The notes under the pieces are model-generated. The model searched no databases and was not told the origin of the DNA. It saw nothing but the letters and a program-made list of their open reading frames with translations. A stretch of 64,000 bases of DNA. Source: Oikopleura dioica (taxonomy: Eukaryota > Animalia > Chordata). Location: the NCBI GenBank assembly GCA_907165135.1, contig OU015569.1, positions 3,410,001 through 3,474,000 of the forward strand, read 5' to 3'. Below, in pieces: positions 1 through 12,900 of the stretch (positions are counted from its first letter, which is position 1; each line of letters opens with the position of its first letter). The position numbers and the translations under genes are program-made.

Positions 1-113
1 CGGAAATCCAGAAAAGTTAAAAAAAGATAAACAGAATCGCCATCCAGGGAGTTGCTGCCTTTGAAAAATAAAAATAACCGATAAAGATTGAAATTCTTGC
101 AAGATCAAAAGAA

Positions 114-403
114 GGGGGTCGGGGACTCGCAGTACCAAAGCTTTTTGGTACTGCCAGTACCAATTTTGGTACTGGGAGTACCAATTTTGGCTTTCCGAGT
201 GATATTTTAACGAGATATTTCAATCGGAATAATAGTAGGCGGGTAAATAGAAGTGTATCCTGTCCGAATCAGTAAGTTTCTTATCACAGAACCCGCGGAG
301 CGGGCGTTTCTGACTGACTAAAATTTTGCCTTGCCAAAATTGGTACTGGGAGTACCAAATTGGTACTGGCAGTACCAATTGGTACTGGGAGTCCCCGGTA
401 GCC
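114..403. mobile_element. Palindromic MITE built from GGTACT/AGTACC micro-repeats
   Basis: 121-191 is a near-exact reverse complement of 333-396. A direct repeat CAAAAGAA at 106-113 and 404-411 is a candidate 8-bp TSD. Confidence 0.65.
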
Positions 404-515
404 CAAAAGAAACGCTAAAATTTCTAGCGTTTGCTTTGTCTGAGTTCTGTGAAGGTGATTTTATTCATGAATCAATGGCAGTTTGATTATAGTACAAGAC
501 ATGTTCAGGGGCTTT

Positions 516-3500
516 TTACTTTTTAGCTCGTCGTTCGATGTTTGAGGTGATTTCGTTCATCAGTCGACGGAACTTGTTTTCGTCCATTCTGATCTGGACA
601 CTTTTTACGATCTCGCCGGCGATGTATTCGTACTGAACATCTAAGATGCTCGCTTTTTCCAACTCGAACACTTCTTTCAAAGGGTTCAACTTTTTCTAAG
701 AAAAAACTCTTTCTTATGCTCTGATCATGTGAGTACCCTTCCTTGGTTAATTGAGCCGATCGTCCATTGCGGAATCAACGAGCTTTGCCTTCCCGATATT
801 TCCTGGCTGAGTTCTCTGATCGTACTCGCTCTGAAGAATATCTTAAGCTCCCATAGCTCAACTATTTCGACAAACCTATAGCCAGGATACAAGCGCACCA
901 GATCGCTCAGGCTAATCGGCGGATTCTTGGGCCCTCCAGTTCGCATAAACACAATTTCCGCCAGAATCGTCCATCCGATCGCTCTAAAGAAGCCCTGTTT
1001 GGCCATTGAGGATCGAAAGCCCGCTCTGAAGAATGAATCGAGATCCTTGTTTATCGTCGGCCGCTCTTCTTCGGCCTCGACTTTCAGATCTTTGCCTTTC
1101 TTCTTCAAATAGTTCTGGATAAGAACGTTGGCTGCGTCGTCGTCGAATTTCAGATTGAAGTTGTTCAAGTTGCTCAGTATCGTGTTGACGTTTTTGACGT
1201 TTTTGGAGGGCGGGCCGTTCGGAGAGGCCTCGCGCTTTCGTTTTTCCGTCACTAGAAACGGTTGAAAATGATTTCAGCGCGATATTTTACCTCTATAGAC
1301 GACATTTTTATCAAACTTGAAGGACTCGCTGCATTGCGTGGCGACGATGAGAACCGTCTTCTCGACGAGCGACGTCTTTGTCGCTTTGTCGAGCTCAACG
1401 GTGCGAAAGTTTCCGTCTTCCTGCTCTGCCATCGGCCTCAGTTCGTCCCTGACTTCGCTATTGTGGTACATTTCCGTGGCGAGGTCCTCGATTCGCAGCC
1501 CTCGATTCGGCTTGATCAGTTCTTTCATCTTCTTTCTGATGATTTCGTACAAACAGAGTTGGTTTGGAAGCAAGCAATCTCTTTCCCAGTTCCTTATTTC
1601 GTTCTTTGACCACTCTTCGTGTTTGTTGTGCAAGTATTGGACCCATAGTATGCCCGAACACGGCCGGGGCCGCTCCTCGGGGTCCTCTGGATCGTTCATT
1701 TGAAACGGCATCAGAAACCAGGACAAATTCATCGGAGGATCTTCCGGGTGATTGAGCATGATCTTCCAAAAGGCGGCTTCGATCTCGTAGCTTTTGAACT
1801 CGTTTGCATTCGGCGATCTACGAATATACTCGTGAATATAAGCAAGAAGAGAATCGTCAGCGGGTTCTTCGTCGAACTTGTGCAGTCCTAAAACAAGTAT
1901 TTATCGATTCTATTCGATGAGAAAGGCGCACCTATGGAAACAGGATCGTTCCGCGTTGATGGCTCAGAAAACCTGTGCTCGATCGAACAGGCAACAATTT
2001 CCGCGAGTTTGCGAGAGTCGCGAGACTTTACTGGGGGAATGTATTCTCGAACTTCTACAAATTCCAGCTGCTTCTTCATTTTTGAAAAGGGCGTAAACTT
2101 TGCGTCTTTTTCGATTTTCACCGTTCCCATGGCTCTACCAGAGGGATCCACTTTTCTAATGATGAATTCGTTTCTTTCCCAATCTGTTCTCAAGCTCAGC
2201 TCAGTTTTAACTTCGATCGTTTCCTGAATCAAAAGCTCGAAGTGGTCCTTTCGCATAAAGAACTTGTTCCTCGGAACCACTTCTTCCAGCTGACTTGGAA
2301 ACGTTGAGAAAATTTCCTCGCAAAGTTTTCGCATTTTTAATGGATATTTTTCTTGGGCTTTGATGCACATTTCGAAGTATTCGCACAGTTCTTTCTTCAG
2401 CGTTGTCTGGAATATGTGCACTTCGTCTTCGGATTTCTGAGATTTTACGTCTTCAATCAAACTGTCCAGGAAGTACCCGTCTTCGTCATTCTTTTCAGCC
2501 CATGTTCGTTTGAATTCGTCCGCAAGGCTCGCCACAGTAACATCAACTGATCTGTTTCGCTCTTTGACCGCTTCGATAGAAACTTTCGGCTCATCATCTA
2601 CGCCTGGAATGAGATCACCGCCTCCTCCACCAAGAAAGAAGCCGTCGTCCTCGATTTCCATTTGCTCAGTTTTCTGAATCGCCAAGTCTAATTCTTCTTT
2701 GCTCTCTTTGAACTCGAAGTCTTGATTTGTTTCGCTTACTAAATACTTTTTGTCCTTTTCCGCCAGCAATTCGGCTTCGATGCTGGTGACTTCTTCTGTT
2801 TTTATTGTCTTTTGCGCCTTCATCACTTCTGGAACCTGGCTCTTCTTGATGAAAGAATCGACCCTGATGCTCTCAATGTTGTTCTGAATCCCGTGCGTTC
2901 CGTCTTTCGTTTGGATGTATCCTTCTACGATTTCGTATTTGTCGCTGAAGTGCGTCCTGATCGCAGACGAAAGAAAATCCTCGTCTACCAAACAGGGGAT
3001 GAAGCTAAACGAGTTGTAGACGATGTCGATGACAGGAACAATGCCAAAGTCGCGACTTAAAGTCAATTGAAGGTACTTTTCGAGCAGCTGGAGAAGATGC
3101 GACTCGAGCCGTTTCTGGGCCTCTTTGACTTCGCTTTTGTCTCCGCGGGTAACGACAAGCGGATAGGAAAGGATCAAGTAGTTGAAAAAACTTCCGAAGT
3201 TGTCGACGATGCTCTTGGCAGTAGACGGATCGCGCTGAACAAGGCCACCTGAAGAAAGCAATTTTAGGAGACTAATTTGTGAACGAGAATTGGGCTGGGC
3301 AACCTTTGTAGAAAGTCTGAAATAGAGCTAGAAATTTTATAACAGATTGGAATGATAATATTTACGTTTCGTTGTTAACAAAAGCCGCTACTTTCTGACC
3401 CTGACTTAGGTTTTCTGCACAGGTTTACGACGCCAGATTACCGGCTGATTCTTTAGCGTACCTTGTTTCTTGCCTTTTCTAGGACGAAACCATTGTCCCT

Positions 3501-4060
3501 TAATTTGCTCGATTCCCACATCCGGCTTGTAGAGATAATTCAATGCTCCTATCCTTTTGGAAATACTCTTCAAGCGTTCTGCGTTTTCACCAGACGAGAG
3601 CAATTCTGAGGGCATCTGGGCTACTCTCTCGATTCTTTCAGTCAGCGTGACTTCTGATAAAGATCGGTTGTCTTTATTAATCCGAAGTTTAATCTTGTCC
3701 GAGCATCGGAGAGTTCTTTCGAGATTCTCGGGAGTAAGTTTGGCTAGTAGCGCGGCACTCATTCTCAGATTTCTTTCCTCTTGCTTTTCTTTCTCAGATT
3801 TTCAACTTGCATTTTACAGGTATTAATAATAGCCAATTATACATACTTATATAAAAGTCAAATAGTATAAAAACCATTCCTTTGTACGTCTTAACTTTCT
3901 CTTCAAGCTGATAATGCTGAATCTTCTTCTCATCTTCAGCGAAGATGATATTAATGCAAAGTTGCTCAAGAAAATCCTCGACGAATTTATCAAAGAATGG
4001 CGAACTTGCCCCCACTTGAAAATTCTCTGCTTTCAATTCTCTCCCATTCGTATTCGCCAT
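516..4060 (-). CDS. Multi-exon protein of unknown function (about 1000+ aa)
   Basis: ORFs 3406-3762, 1888-3261, 1274-1759, 725-1252 and 516-695 join in frame through short GT-AG introns. The first junction (to 3794-4060) is less certain. AATAAA lies at about 460. No family recognised. Confidence 0.65.
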
Positions 4061-4263
4061 TCCAACTTATTTTCGCTTCAGTTTTTCTGAGCTAATCGTG
4101 GCGTGAGAGAATTTTTGGAGCGAAGCGCGGAGGACTTTTTTTGCTTGAAAACATTTTTTGTCAAAATCGATGCTATGAAGCTGAAATGCAGTAAAAAGAG
4201 ACGACTCATTAAAACTATCAAGTATTATTTAACCTGAATAGTTTCTTAAAAATTGGGATTGAT

Positions 4264-4651
4264 GGAAATTGATTTTATTCAGGTTTCATATTTTTCGACC
4301 AAGACATCCTTTTTTAGGATCAACGTGAAGATGCCGGACTTTCTGGATGTCTTCTGACCTCAAACTCGTTTTTCGAGAACGGTTGATCGTCGTTGGAAGT
4401 CCTGGAAGTTCTTCAACGTGAAGATGCCTCGTCGTTGATCTTCGCCGACGATGGCGCCAACCGGCTAAATGAGAAGTGTTAGTTTCTGTCGCAGACTCCT
4501 AAGTGAATGTTATTTAAATTTAGACTGCGTGTGACTCAGACTGCGTAAAAAAGTTAGTCTAAATTTTGTACTGCTTATTCTAATCAACAAAGTCTTACCT
4601 GGATTTATGCTCTTTTCGGACTTTCAAACTTCAAAAGCTGAAGTGATGACT
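4264..4651 (-). ncRNA. Small two-exon TCTAGA-promoter transcript, copy A (putative ncRNA)
   Basis: TCTAGA at 4683-4688, TCAGT initiator at about 4651, GT-AG intron 4465-4598 with CTAAC branch point, 3' motif with AATAAA at 4264-4283. No conserved ORF. Confidence 0.55.
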
Positions 4652-4921
4652 GAATAAAAACATCTCTTTTGCCTGCGACTATTCTAGAAACGAGTGAAAA
4701 CGTTGTTTATTATCCGAGAACTATTCATTTTCTATATCTTTTATTCAATTTAGCAGAACTTAGCAGTCAAAATACCAAATGATAATTTCAAAAAAATTGC
4801 ATGGCCGGAAATCCTTAAAAAACTGAAAGTGCAGTTTTTATCAGCTCGTTGAGACGAGTTGAACGATGGGAATGAAGATGACGGCGATGGAGAGGAAGCT
4901 CATCAGCCAAACACGATTTTC

Positions 4922-5691
4922 TTAGGCGTTCAAGACTTGGACGTAGCCTTTTCGGCGACCGTCGGCACTCTAAAATCGGTTTTAGAGCCAGAATGCGTAT
5001 GTTATTATTAGACATTAAAATAAGCTACATTAATATTTTGCTAGTAGATTATTCATTATGTTAGATTAAATTTGTTAAACAAGTGTGATACAATTATCGA
5101 AACAAAATTGTTACTTACTTCGACCGCGGTTACGAATTCGATTTTTTTTCCTAGGTTGTGAGCCTGGCAGTGAAAGCCACACTTGTTGCATTTCGGCGAG
5201 AGCCAGCTGAACATGCTTTGGCACCACTGGTCTGTGACCTTGGCTTGCTCGAAGATGTTCAAGCGGCATGGGATATCGCGCCATGGTGCGATGGGTTCCT
5301 TGATTTCAGTAAGTGAAGAAACTAATGCATTCGTTGAAGACTTACCCCATTCTGGATCCGGAATTGGTCTTGGCAGCTGTAAATGAATCCCAAAATGGCA
5401 GTGTGATGCTCCGGGTCCTAAAAAATAATTAACTTTCAATTTCGAGTTCAGAAAACTCACGTCAATAAGTGGGCAGTTAGCTGCAACATCGAAGACGACG
5501 CGGTTGGGTGCTTTCTCTTCGATTTTGATGAAATTGGCCGTTTTCAAAGAGATGGAATCGGCGAAAAAGAACGCTGTAATATCTCGAGGAGATTTTTCTG
5601 TTGAAATTCGGGGCACCCCGAAAATCCATGGGTGGACGGCGTTTGGGTTCGGCAAGTTGATCACACCAAACTCAAACTTTAAACCCGGCAT
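4922..5691 (-). CDS. Unknown protein of about 205 aa, two exons
   Basis: ORF from 5691 splices at GTAAGT (about 5118) to TTTTAG (about 4970) and ends SADGRRKGYVQVLNA*. TATAAAA at about 5745-5751. Contains a C-x2-C-x2-H-C-x2-H patch. Confidence 0.6.
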
Positions 5692-6090
5692 GACTCTCTT
5701 GGAGATTGACTTCTGGAGTGAGCTGCGTTCGTAAGTTGTTGTCTTTTTATACCCTCAAAATTGCGTGGCAGTTTTTTGAGCCATTGTTAACCAATAAGTG
5801 TGTGCAATAAGTACTCTAGGGCTCCACCATCTCTCCAGATTGATCAACTTTATAAGAACAACCGTTTTGCGCGCCAAGAAGGGAAAGCTTTCCTCTTTGA
5901 TTTGCGCAATCCCGCGTCAGATCTAAGACTCAATGTTGAAGACTTCAACTTGAGGTCCTATACTTTTATAAACCAAATTGCATCCATTATGGAATCCCGA
6001 ATTTTAACCTGGAATGCGATAAAAAGAGACGATTCGTTAAAACTATCAAGTATTATTTTCTTGAATAGTTTTATTATAATTGGGATTGAT

Positions 6091-6392
6091 GGAAATTGAT
6101 TTTATTCAGGTTTCATATTTTTCGATCAAGACATCCTTTTCAGGATCAGGGTGAAGATGCCGGACTTCTTGGATGTATTCTGACCTCAAACTCGTTTTTC
6201 GAGCAAGGTTGATCGTCGTTGGAAGTCCTGGAAGTTCTTCAAGGTGAAGATACCTCGTCGATGATCTTTGACGACTTCGTCGCCAGCCGGCTAAATGAAA
6301 AGTGTTAGTTTCTGTTGCAGACTGCTACAAAGTCTCACCTTGACTTTCGCTCTTTTCGGACCTTCAAACTTCGTGAAAGTGAAGTGAGGACT
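6091..6392 (-). ncRNA. Small two-exon TCTAGA-promoter transcript, copy B (paralogue of copy A)
   Basis: 6021-6392 aligns closely with 4193-4651. TCTAGA at 6425-6430, intron 6291-6338, 3' motif at 6091-6110. Confidence 0.55.
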
Positions 6393-6541
6393 GCGCGGAA
6401 AACAACTAGCTTGGAAACACGTGTTCTAGAGAAAATCTCCTTTTTTTAAAGAACTAGGAGACCTAGTACAGTATTGAGAGTGGGTTCTCATGTGATTCTA
6501 ATTGACTTATTTCATAGCGTTTCTTTTATAATAATTGGAAA

Positions 6542-8933
6542 ATGACGAATGGATCAGCAAAGTCACTGATGATCCTCGTGGCTCATATTAGCGCGATGGC
6601 GAGTGCCTTATGGCGAGTGTCAATTTGAAATGAAAAAGCGGAATATTTCCCACTCCCAAGTAATGAAACCTATCAAATACTGGGGCACTCTGCAGACGGA
6701 CAACTAGAGAACCACTTCGACAATTTATCATGGAAACATTTTTGAAGACGAATCGCACTTTAGAGACAATGTGCTTCTGCCAAGGGGTTCAAAATAATCC
6801 TATAACTGCTTCTAAATGGATCAACGATAATAATTAGATTGCTTTACTAAAAAACAACCCCTTTTTCGCTACGAAATCTATCCACCCGAAAGCCTGGTTA
6901 CGGACGACGATTGGATGGACATGGATTTCGGCGAATTCAATTCAATAGATTTGGGCCCTGAATTCCATCAAGAGCTTGATGATGCGAGTCCGATGACTGC
7001 GTACAAACGCTTCTTCATAATTGCCTACTACATCATTCTCATTATTGGAATTCCAGGAAACATGTTTGTCCTTGTTATGGTAAAATTTAAGCCGCTCAAT
7101 CCACAGGAGAGTTTCTTCTAGTCCTAGTCCGTTTCTGACGACTCTTTTGAGAGAAACTTTGAGAATGCATTTCTTCTGACAAATTTGTCCGTCTCCAGTT
7201 TAATTCTGCTAATAAGTCTTCCTCTAAAAATTGCCCTTTTAAACAGTAGAGATAATTTTAACCACACAGCGATGGGCTTCTTTTTTTTAGCGAGTATAAA
7301 CTAGCACTCATTTCTTCGAAGCCCAGTCAGTTCCAGAATGGCTTTCGTCGAAAATCGGCACAGCGAAAAATACTATGATAAATAATGGCTTGTGCAAGTT
7401 TTATTTGGGACATACTGTTCTGTGCCTTTTGGCGACTCTTCTAACAATCGTAGCAGGTTGCTTTAAGAAATAGAAATCATTTTCATTTAATCATATTTTA
7501 GTCGCTGCTGACAGATTCATAGCAGTGAGAACAACGAAGAATATCATCCTCAGGTTCTTATTATGAAAAATTTGTGTGAAGCCCATTTATCAGACAAAAA
7601 CGAGCGAGCTGGTTTTTGGCGTTGTCAGGAGCCATTTGGCTGATTTCGTTGTTCATCACCACTCCAGTGTTTTACTTTTCGCTTGTAGAAGACAATCGCT
7701 GCCAAACGGTGTGGATTCTGGAATCGGAAGTAACCGCTTAATTTCCCAAAAATCAAGGCTTATTTTTCGACCATAGGAACAATGCGAGCAGTATATGTCA
7801 GAGCCATTTGAAGGAAAGCACGTCTCTGAGCTGTGTAAGAAAAAGAATACGCTGTCAACTCACAACACTTGCGAGGCGAATCATACAGATATTGAAAAAC
7901 TCTACTCTTTATTCTGCCTTGGTGGCTTTATATTATTGGTGAATACTATTTTAATTCTCGGGAAAGGTAATCTAGTCTAGCCGATGCTCGCTGTTCCAAT
8001 GCTATATTACTGCTTCTTCAGCCGTTTCAAAGAGCACACTATGGAAATAAGTACTCGCAGAATAGCAGCGATGCTCTATCTTATTCTTTAGACGGTTTAA
8101 GTCAGAGCAAACCCAATCAAGTAAACGACCGAACTTCTGAAGTGAAGAGAAACGTTATCGCCCTCTCAGTTTCAGGAAAAGGATGATCACTTGTTTTTTC
8201 GTTGAATTTGTAATTAGTGATTATTTCGACTAACAGTTGCTTTTACTTGGATACCGTTTCTGGTATTTCACCTGATCCGATTCCTGGGACCGCTCGTTTC
8301 TTATCAAATCAACAAGACTGCATGTGACATGTTCGGGTAGATTCAAATTGATTTCGCAAAGGCCGAATTTTTAAGAATGGCCACTACGCTACTGCTATAT
8401 CTAAGCTGCCTTGTCAACCCCTTACTGTATACCTGCTTCGGCTCAACTGTGAGAAAGAAATTAGGTAATAAGTCATGGGGACTTACAGCTTGAGCGTACA
8501 AACGACAACTTACCTTTTTAAGTGCGCATCGTTCGATATAGTTTTTATCAGGGAAGAGGATTAAGGATCTCGAGAATGTGCTTATCGATTTTCTAAAACT
8601 ATAGTGCACTATTCGCGACGTAAAGTCAACCATCGCTTCGTCAAACATAAGCTCGCCTATGCCCACAACATCCTTTAACTTCCACTCGATTCGCCTCAAG
8701 TCACTCAGGAAACTTTCCAGCAATGCTCAAGAATAATAATATTATTCAATGTCCATCCTTTGTCGAAAATAATTGAAGAGAACGAGGCGCCAGAGGAAGA
8801 CAACGTCGAATGAAGCGAGACTCCTGGCGGAACAACACCATTTCCATCTCCGAATCAGTTTCGGACTCAGGTTTGGTATTTACGCGTTTTGAAATTCGCA
8901 ATTTAAAATTCAGACAACAAAAGTATCAGCTGA
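6542..8933 (+). CDS. Class A (rhodopsin-like) peptide-type GPCR
   Basis: TM1 GIPGN, TM2 LTNLSVSSL, TM3 C...AADRF, TM7 LVNPLLY. The apparent stop at 8811 is probably a 1-nt homopolymer error; the last exon would end at 8933. Confidence 0.85.
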
Positions 8934-9378
8934 AGCGAGGTTCTATTCGCTGTTCACTTTGTTCAATGTTGGTTGGATTTATTTGAAGAAAATGTACACA
9001 AAAATAAAGCTATTGAATAGAATTGAACGAAATTAATAAACAGTCTCAAATTCAAAAAGTGACCGTCCCTCTCCAAGTACTAAGTGACAGAATTCGAAAA
9101 ATAACGGCAAAGGGTTCGACAGTAAAAACATTAAATTTTAAAGAATTAGGGTTGCGATAAAGGCCTCGTGAAAAGTTCGGGCATAAATATATAGAACGGG
9201 GTATGATAATCAATGAATTGAAGGATTCGACTGCTTCTCGACTTTTTATCTGGCCGTAAACAAGAAGGCGCTTCTGGTTAAAAATTATTTGTCAGTTTGA
9301 GATTGGGATATTTTTGAAGAGAGAAAGTGTGCTTTTTGTGTGGGTATTATGTTTTAAATTTGGTCGTCCTTGGCGTTT

Positions 9379-9994
9379 TCAAGCTTTGTCTCCCTTAGTA
9401 TATTCTCCGTCGTCTTTTTTCCTGTGGCGGATGAAGGCGATAGCACCGACAACAACGAAGAGCGCCGCCACGGCGATCCCGGCGTACATTATGACACTGT
9501 AGTCCTCGGAACCTGCATTCTCGGGCTCGTCCTTGACGTTCTGAAAATTACCGTTTTTATGTGAATAAATGTGAATGTTTAATTTTTGGATAGCGTTTGA
9601 AGGCATTGCCTGGTTGAAAGCAATTTACAATTGTCCCTCCTTTTATTCAAAAAGAGGTGATTTTATGGCGCATTTGATTTGAAATGTTAGATTGATAAGC
9701 TAAGCACATGCTTGGGAAAGTTTAAGCCAGCTGTATTACTGTATTTAGTGTTGTCAGACTCTCTTCTGTTGCGTCGTGGCTTTTCGGTTGCAAAAACTAT
9801 CCATGTACAAATAAAAATCATCCAAGATCCGAGTTGAAGGTATAAAAACGATTACTTACTGGGATAGAAGGACCAAAGTCGCCGGAGCCGGAGCCTTCGA
9901 AGTCTTCGTCGTCGTTGTCGTACTGTGCTTGTGCGGTTTGGTAGAGCATCGAGGAGAGTAGTGCAAGGTCTCTAGTTCGGCGGTTCATATTCAT
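9379..9994 (-). CDS. Minimal syndecan-like heparan sulfate proteoglycan (about 100 aa)
   Basis: Acidic DDEDFEGSGSGD GAG-attachment site, one TM helix and C1-like RHRKKDDGEY. GT-AG intron at about 9541-9859. Confidence 0.7.
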
Positions 9995-12900
9995 CGACAA
10001 TTTTTTCGCGTTTTCAATTTCTCACTCTGAATGGAGAATTCGTCAGATTGGCCTTATTTTATTTGACTTAGGCAGGTTTAGAAAGGGCACGCGCAGCGGA
10101 GGTCCCGTTGCCTCTCCCCGTTTCTCTCAAGGTCAGAGTGACCTCACGCACGATCTTTCACAGGATATATAAATTAGCGCCATTAAGTATACAAGGACAG
10201 GGCAGCTCGAAGAATAGCAACTTCTGCGATTATTATCCGGCCCAGACCTTAGGATTAATTATGGGAAGCTGGCAGCTGCTGCTCTCTCTACTGATGATGC
10301 AATAAAGACTTGTATCTAACCAGCAGCCATTAAATTGTTGTCAGAGTCTCTCAATAAACGGGCGATGATTTAGAACTTCTCTTATAGAAAATTCCATCGC
10401 GATGGGGCCGCGTCACTTTTTATATTTACGATTCGCTGACTAAATTTTCTCTCGAGCTCTCTTCTCTCCACGCTGCAGCGATATTAGCATTATCTTTTCT
10501 CAATTAAATTCCGGCCTCTAATCGGCGGAAATAAAGCCCTCCACGCTCTCACAAGCGATTACTGTAAACGAAGGCGTAATTATCTCAAATCTCAAAAGCG
10601 TATTTTCCGAGAGGCGACCCCCCACGGTGAGAACACTGTTTTTATGAGCGCGAGCTAGTGGAATTCATACTTCCATAAAAATTCATCATAATTACCCTCT
10701 CGCAGCTCTTTGCTGACAAGATCAGACGCCAATTAAAGCTTTCATGTTTTTCGATTTAAAATTGTCAAGATTCTCTGTCGCAGCGAACAGAAAAGTGGTT
10801 TTGTTTGAAAAACGAATCTGCAAAACGTTAATTGTTCAAATAGAGCGCGCATGAAATGGATTCTCGCCATTTTTATCAAGTTCCTGGCTCGCTTCTTTCT
10901 CTCTCTCTCTTTTTATGAAAGTGTGTCTCGTTGTGCTCGCAGCACAATCATGTTCATATTTATGTTAAATCACACGAAAAGAAAGTCAGCTTCAATTGAG
11001 GGGAAAACGACTTGTGAGTCGAATTCAAACATAGACGGCAGATATTGTCGTTTCTCCTCTATGATTGCACTTAAAAATTTAAACTTCAAAGTTAGAATTT
11101 CGCGATTCCCTTTGAAGAGGCTAAATCGATAGAATTACCCAAAACTTGATTTTTATCTTGCGTCCCTTGAGACTCTCAAGTTGAGAGGCTTTCATCCTGC
11201 TCTGAGAAATAAACGAGTAAAGGAGATATTCTGATTGTGTTCGCCAAAGGGCCGCTATCGACTCTCTCTCTCTCTCTGTTTCCCTCCCTCACGTCTCCCA
11301 TGTTCGTTATCGGCTACTATAGTGTATTCTCAAAAAAATAAACTCTGCGATAAGAAAACCGGAGAGCGACTTGACTCGTGTACGTGAGCCCGCACTGGCA
11401 CTGTCCTTGGCCGAGCGAAACACCACGCAGCTTTTTCTTTTTACTTTTTTATTACTAATTAAATTCTCGCAATTAATTTATTTCCCTGACAGCCGACGTG
11501 ATTATAGAAATTCCCAAGTCGCGTTTCCTCTTTTATCTTTATTTTTGAAACAGCCTAAATTCTTTGAAAAACATTTTAACCGACAATTTAAAACTGATTC
11601 TCTGCTTTAATCTACGCGACGCTGAAGGGATTAAGCTGAATTATTAACGAGTCTATTTTCATTTATAACTTTTACCCTTCTAAAATTAATCAGATGCGCC
11701 TGTTGAAAAATACATGGCCCTACTTCAGATACAGATCACCTCCGAGCCCCTCTAAATATTTAACAAGAAAGGTATAATTTTAAAAAAGCAGCTAGCTCAA
11801 AAAGACCTCATGACTAGCGATGGAAAATTAAAAGACAGATGGGCCTGTGAATCAGCAAATGATGTTCTGTTGCCTCGTGACAAGTGTTTGAATAAGTACG
11901 ATAAAATTGTAAAAACGCCCTGAATAAGCACTTTTGTATAACGAGCTGTCAAAATCTGACTGAGTTCGATTTCTTTACTCTGTGTGAGTAAATTCTCACA
12001 TAAATTCTTGTCCCCTTCAACTTATTCGAATCATTAACTCAGTGGCCTTGTACCACAAGCTAAATCGATTCGTATTTCGAAACTATTTCAAAGAGAATGG
12101 AAAACTCTTCGTGTGTATTCTCTTTTCAAAAAAGTGAAAATATTTCTTTTGCAAAATTAGCAAGGTCGACGAACAACTTTCGTTGAATTTTTCATGGTTT
12201 GATTTGGTCGGAGTTCGCGCACGCGCATGAGCTTCAGCTCAAGCGGCTCAGCCGTTGGCGCTCCGCCAGTCTTTCGCTGAAAAAAAACGAAGAAAAAACC
12301 GTAAAAATTATGTGGTCACGAATTACGACGTTTCTCAGCCACGTGCGGGGTTAATTACAATCCGTGCATGTGTAAATATACAGTCGTCTTATGAAGATAC
12401 TCTTTGATCTCTCCGGCGAGTTTCCAAGGACTGCTCCGTCCAGCAAGGATAGATCTTATTATAAAAATAAATAGTCATCTTATGTTTCTCTTAAGGGTTC
12501 CGTGATGTCGTGTGTGAACTGATGTAGATGGCCTGTGATAAATGGCCCTTCCCGTCACAAGTCAACTGTAGTTTCTTCGCATAAACGACTAACTACTCCC
12601 TACAGTAACTTTTTCTTCCAAGTGCCAGGACTATCCATTTACAGTTCCTTATCTGTAAATAGCAAGCTAGCAGTTTACTCGTCCAGAGAGTAGTCAAAGA
12701 CTCTGATGGCATTTTTTCTCTTGGCTGATATTGTGAAAGAAGATGATCGGCTGCACAAACTAAAATTCCCTCCGCCAATTAATAATTAACGAATTATTAA
12801 ATGTAGAATCTGTTTGCCCTGGCCAGCTGTCATTCTATTCACCGCAAAGAAAATCCAGCAGGGGCCATTTATTTTTATCAGTGTCGATTGTATCAGAAAT

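Noticed and set aside
516-4060. Viral or Polinton-like multi-ORF element
   Set aside because: The ORFs join through short introns into one gene, with no integrase, polymerase or capsid motifs.
4264-4283. Plus-strand reading of TTTTATTCAG|G as a splice or trans-splice acceptor
   Set aside because: Donor, branch point, acceptor and promoter are all oriented on the minus strand in four of four copies, where the motif reads AATAAA.
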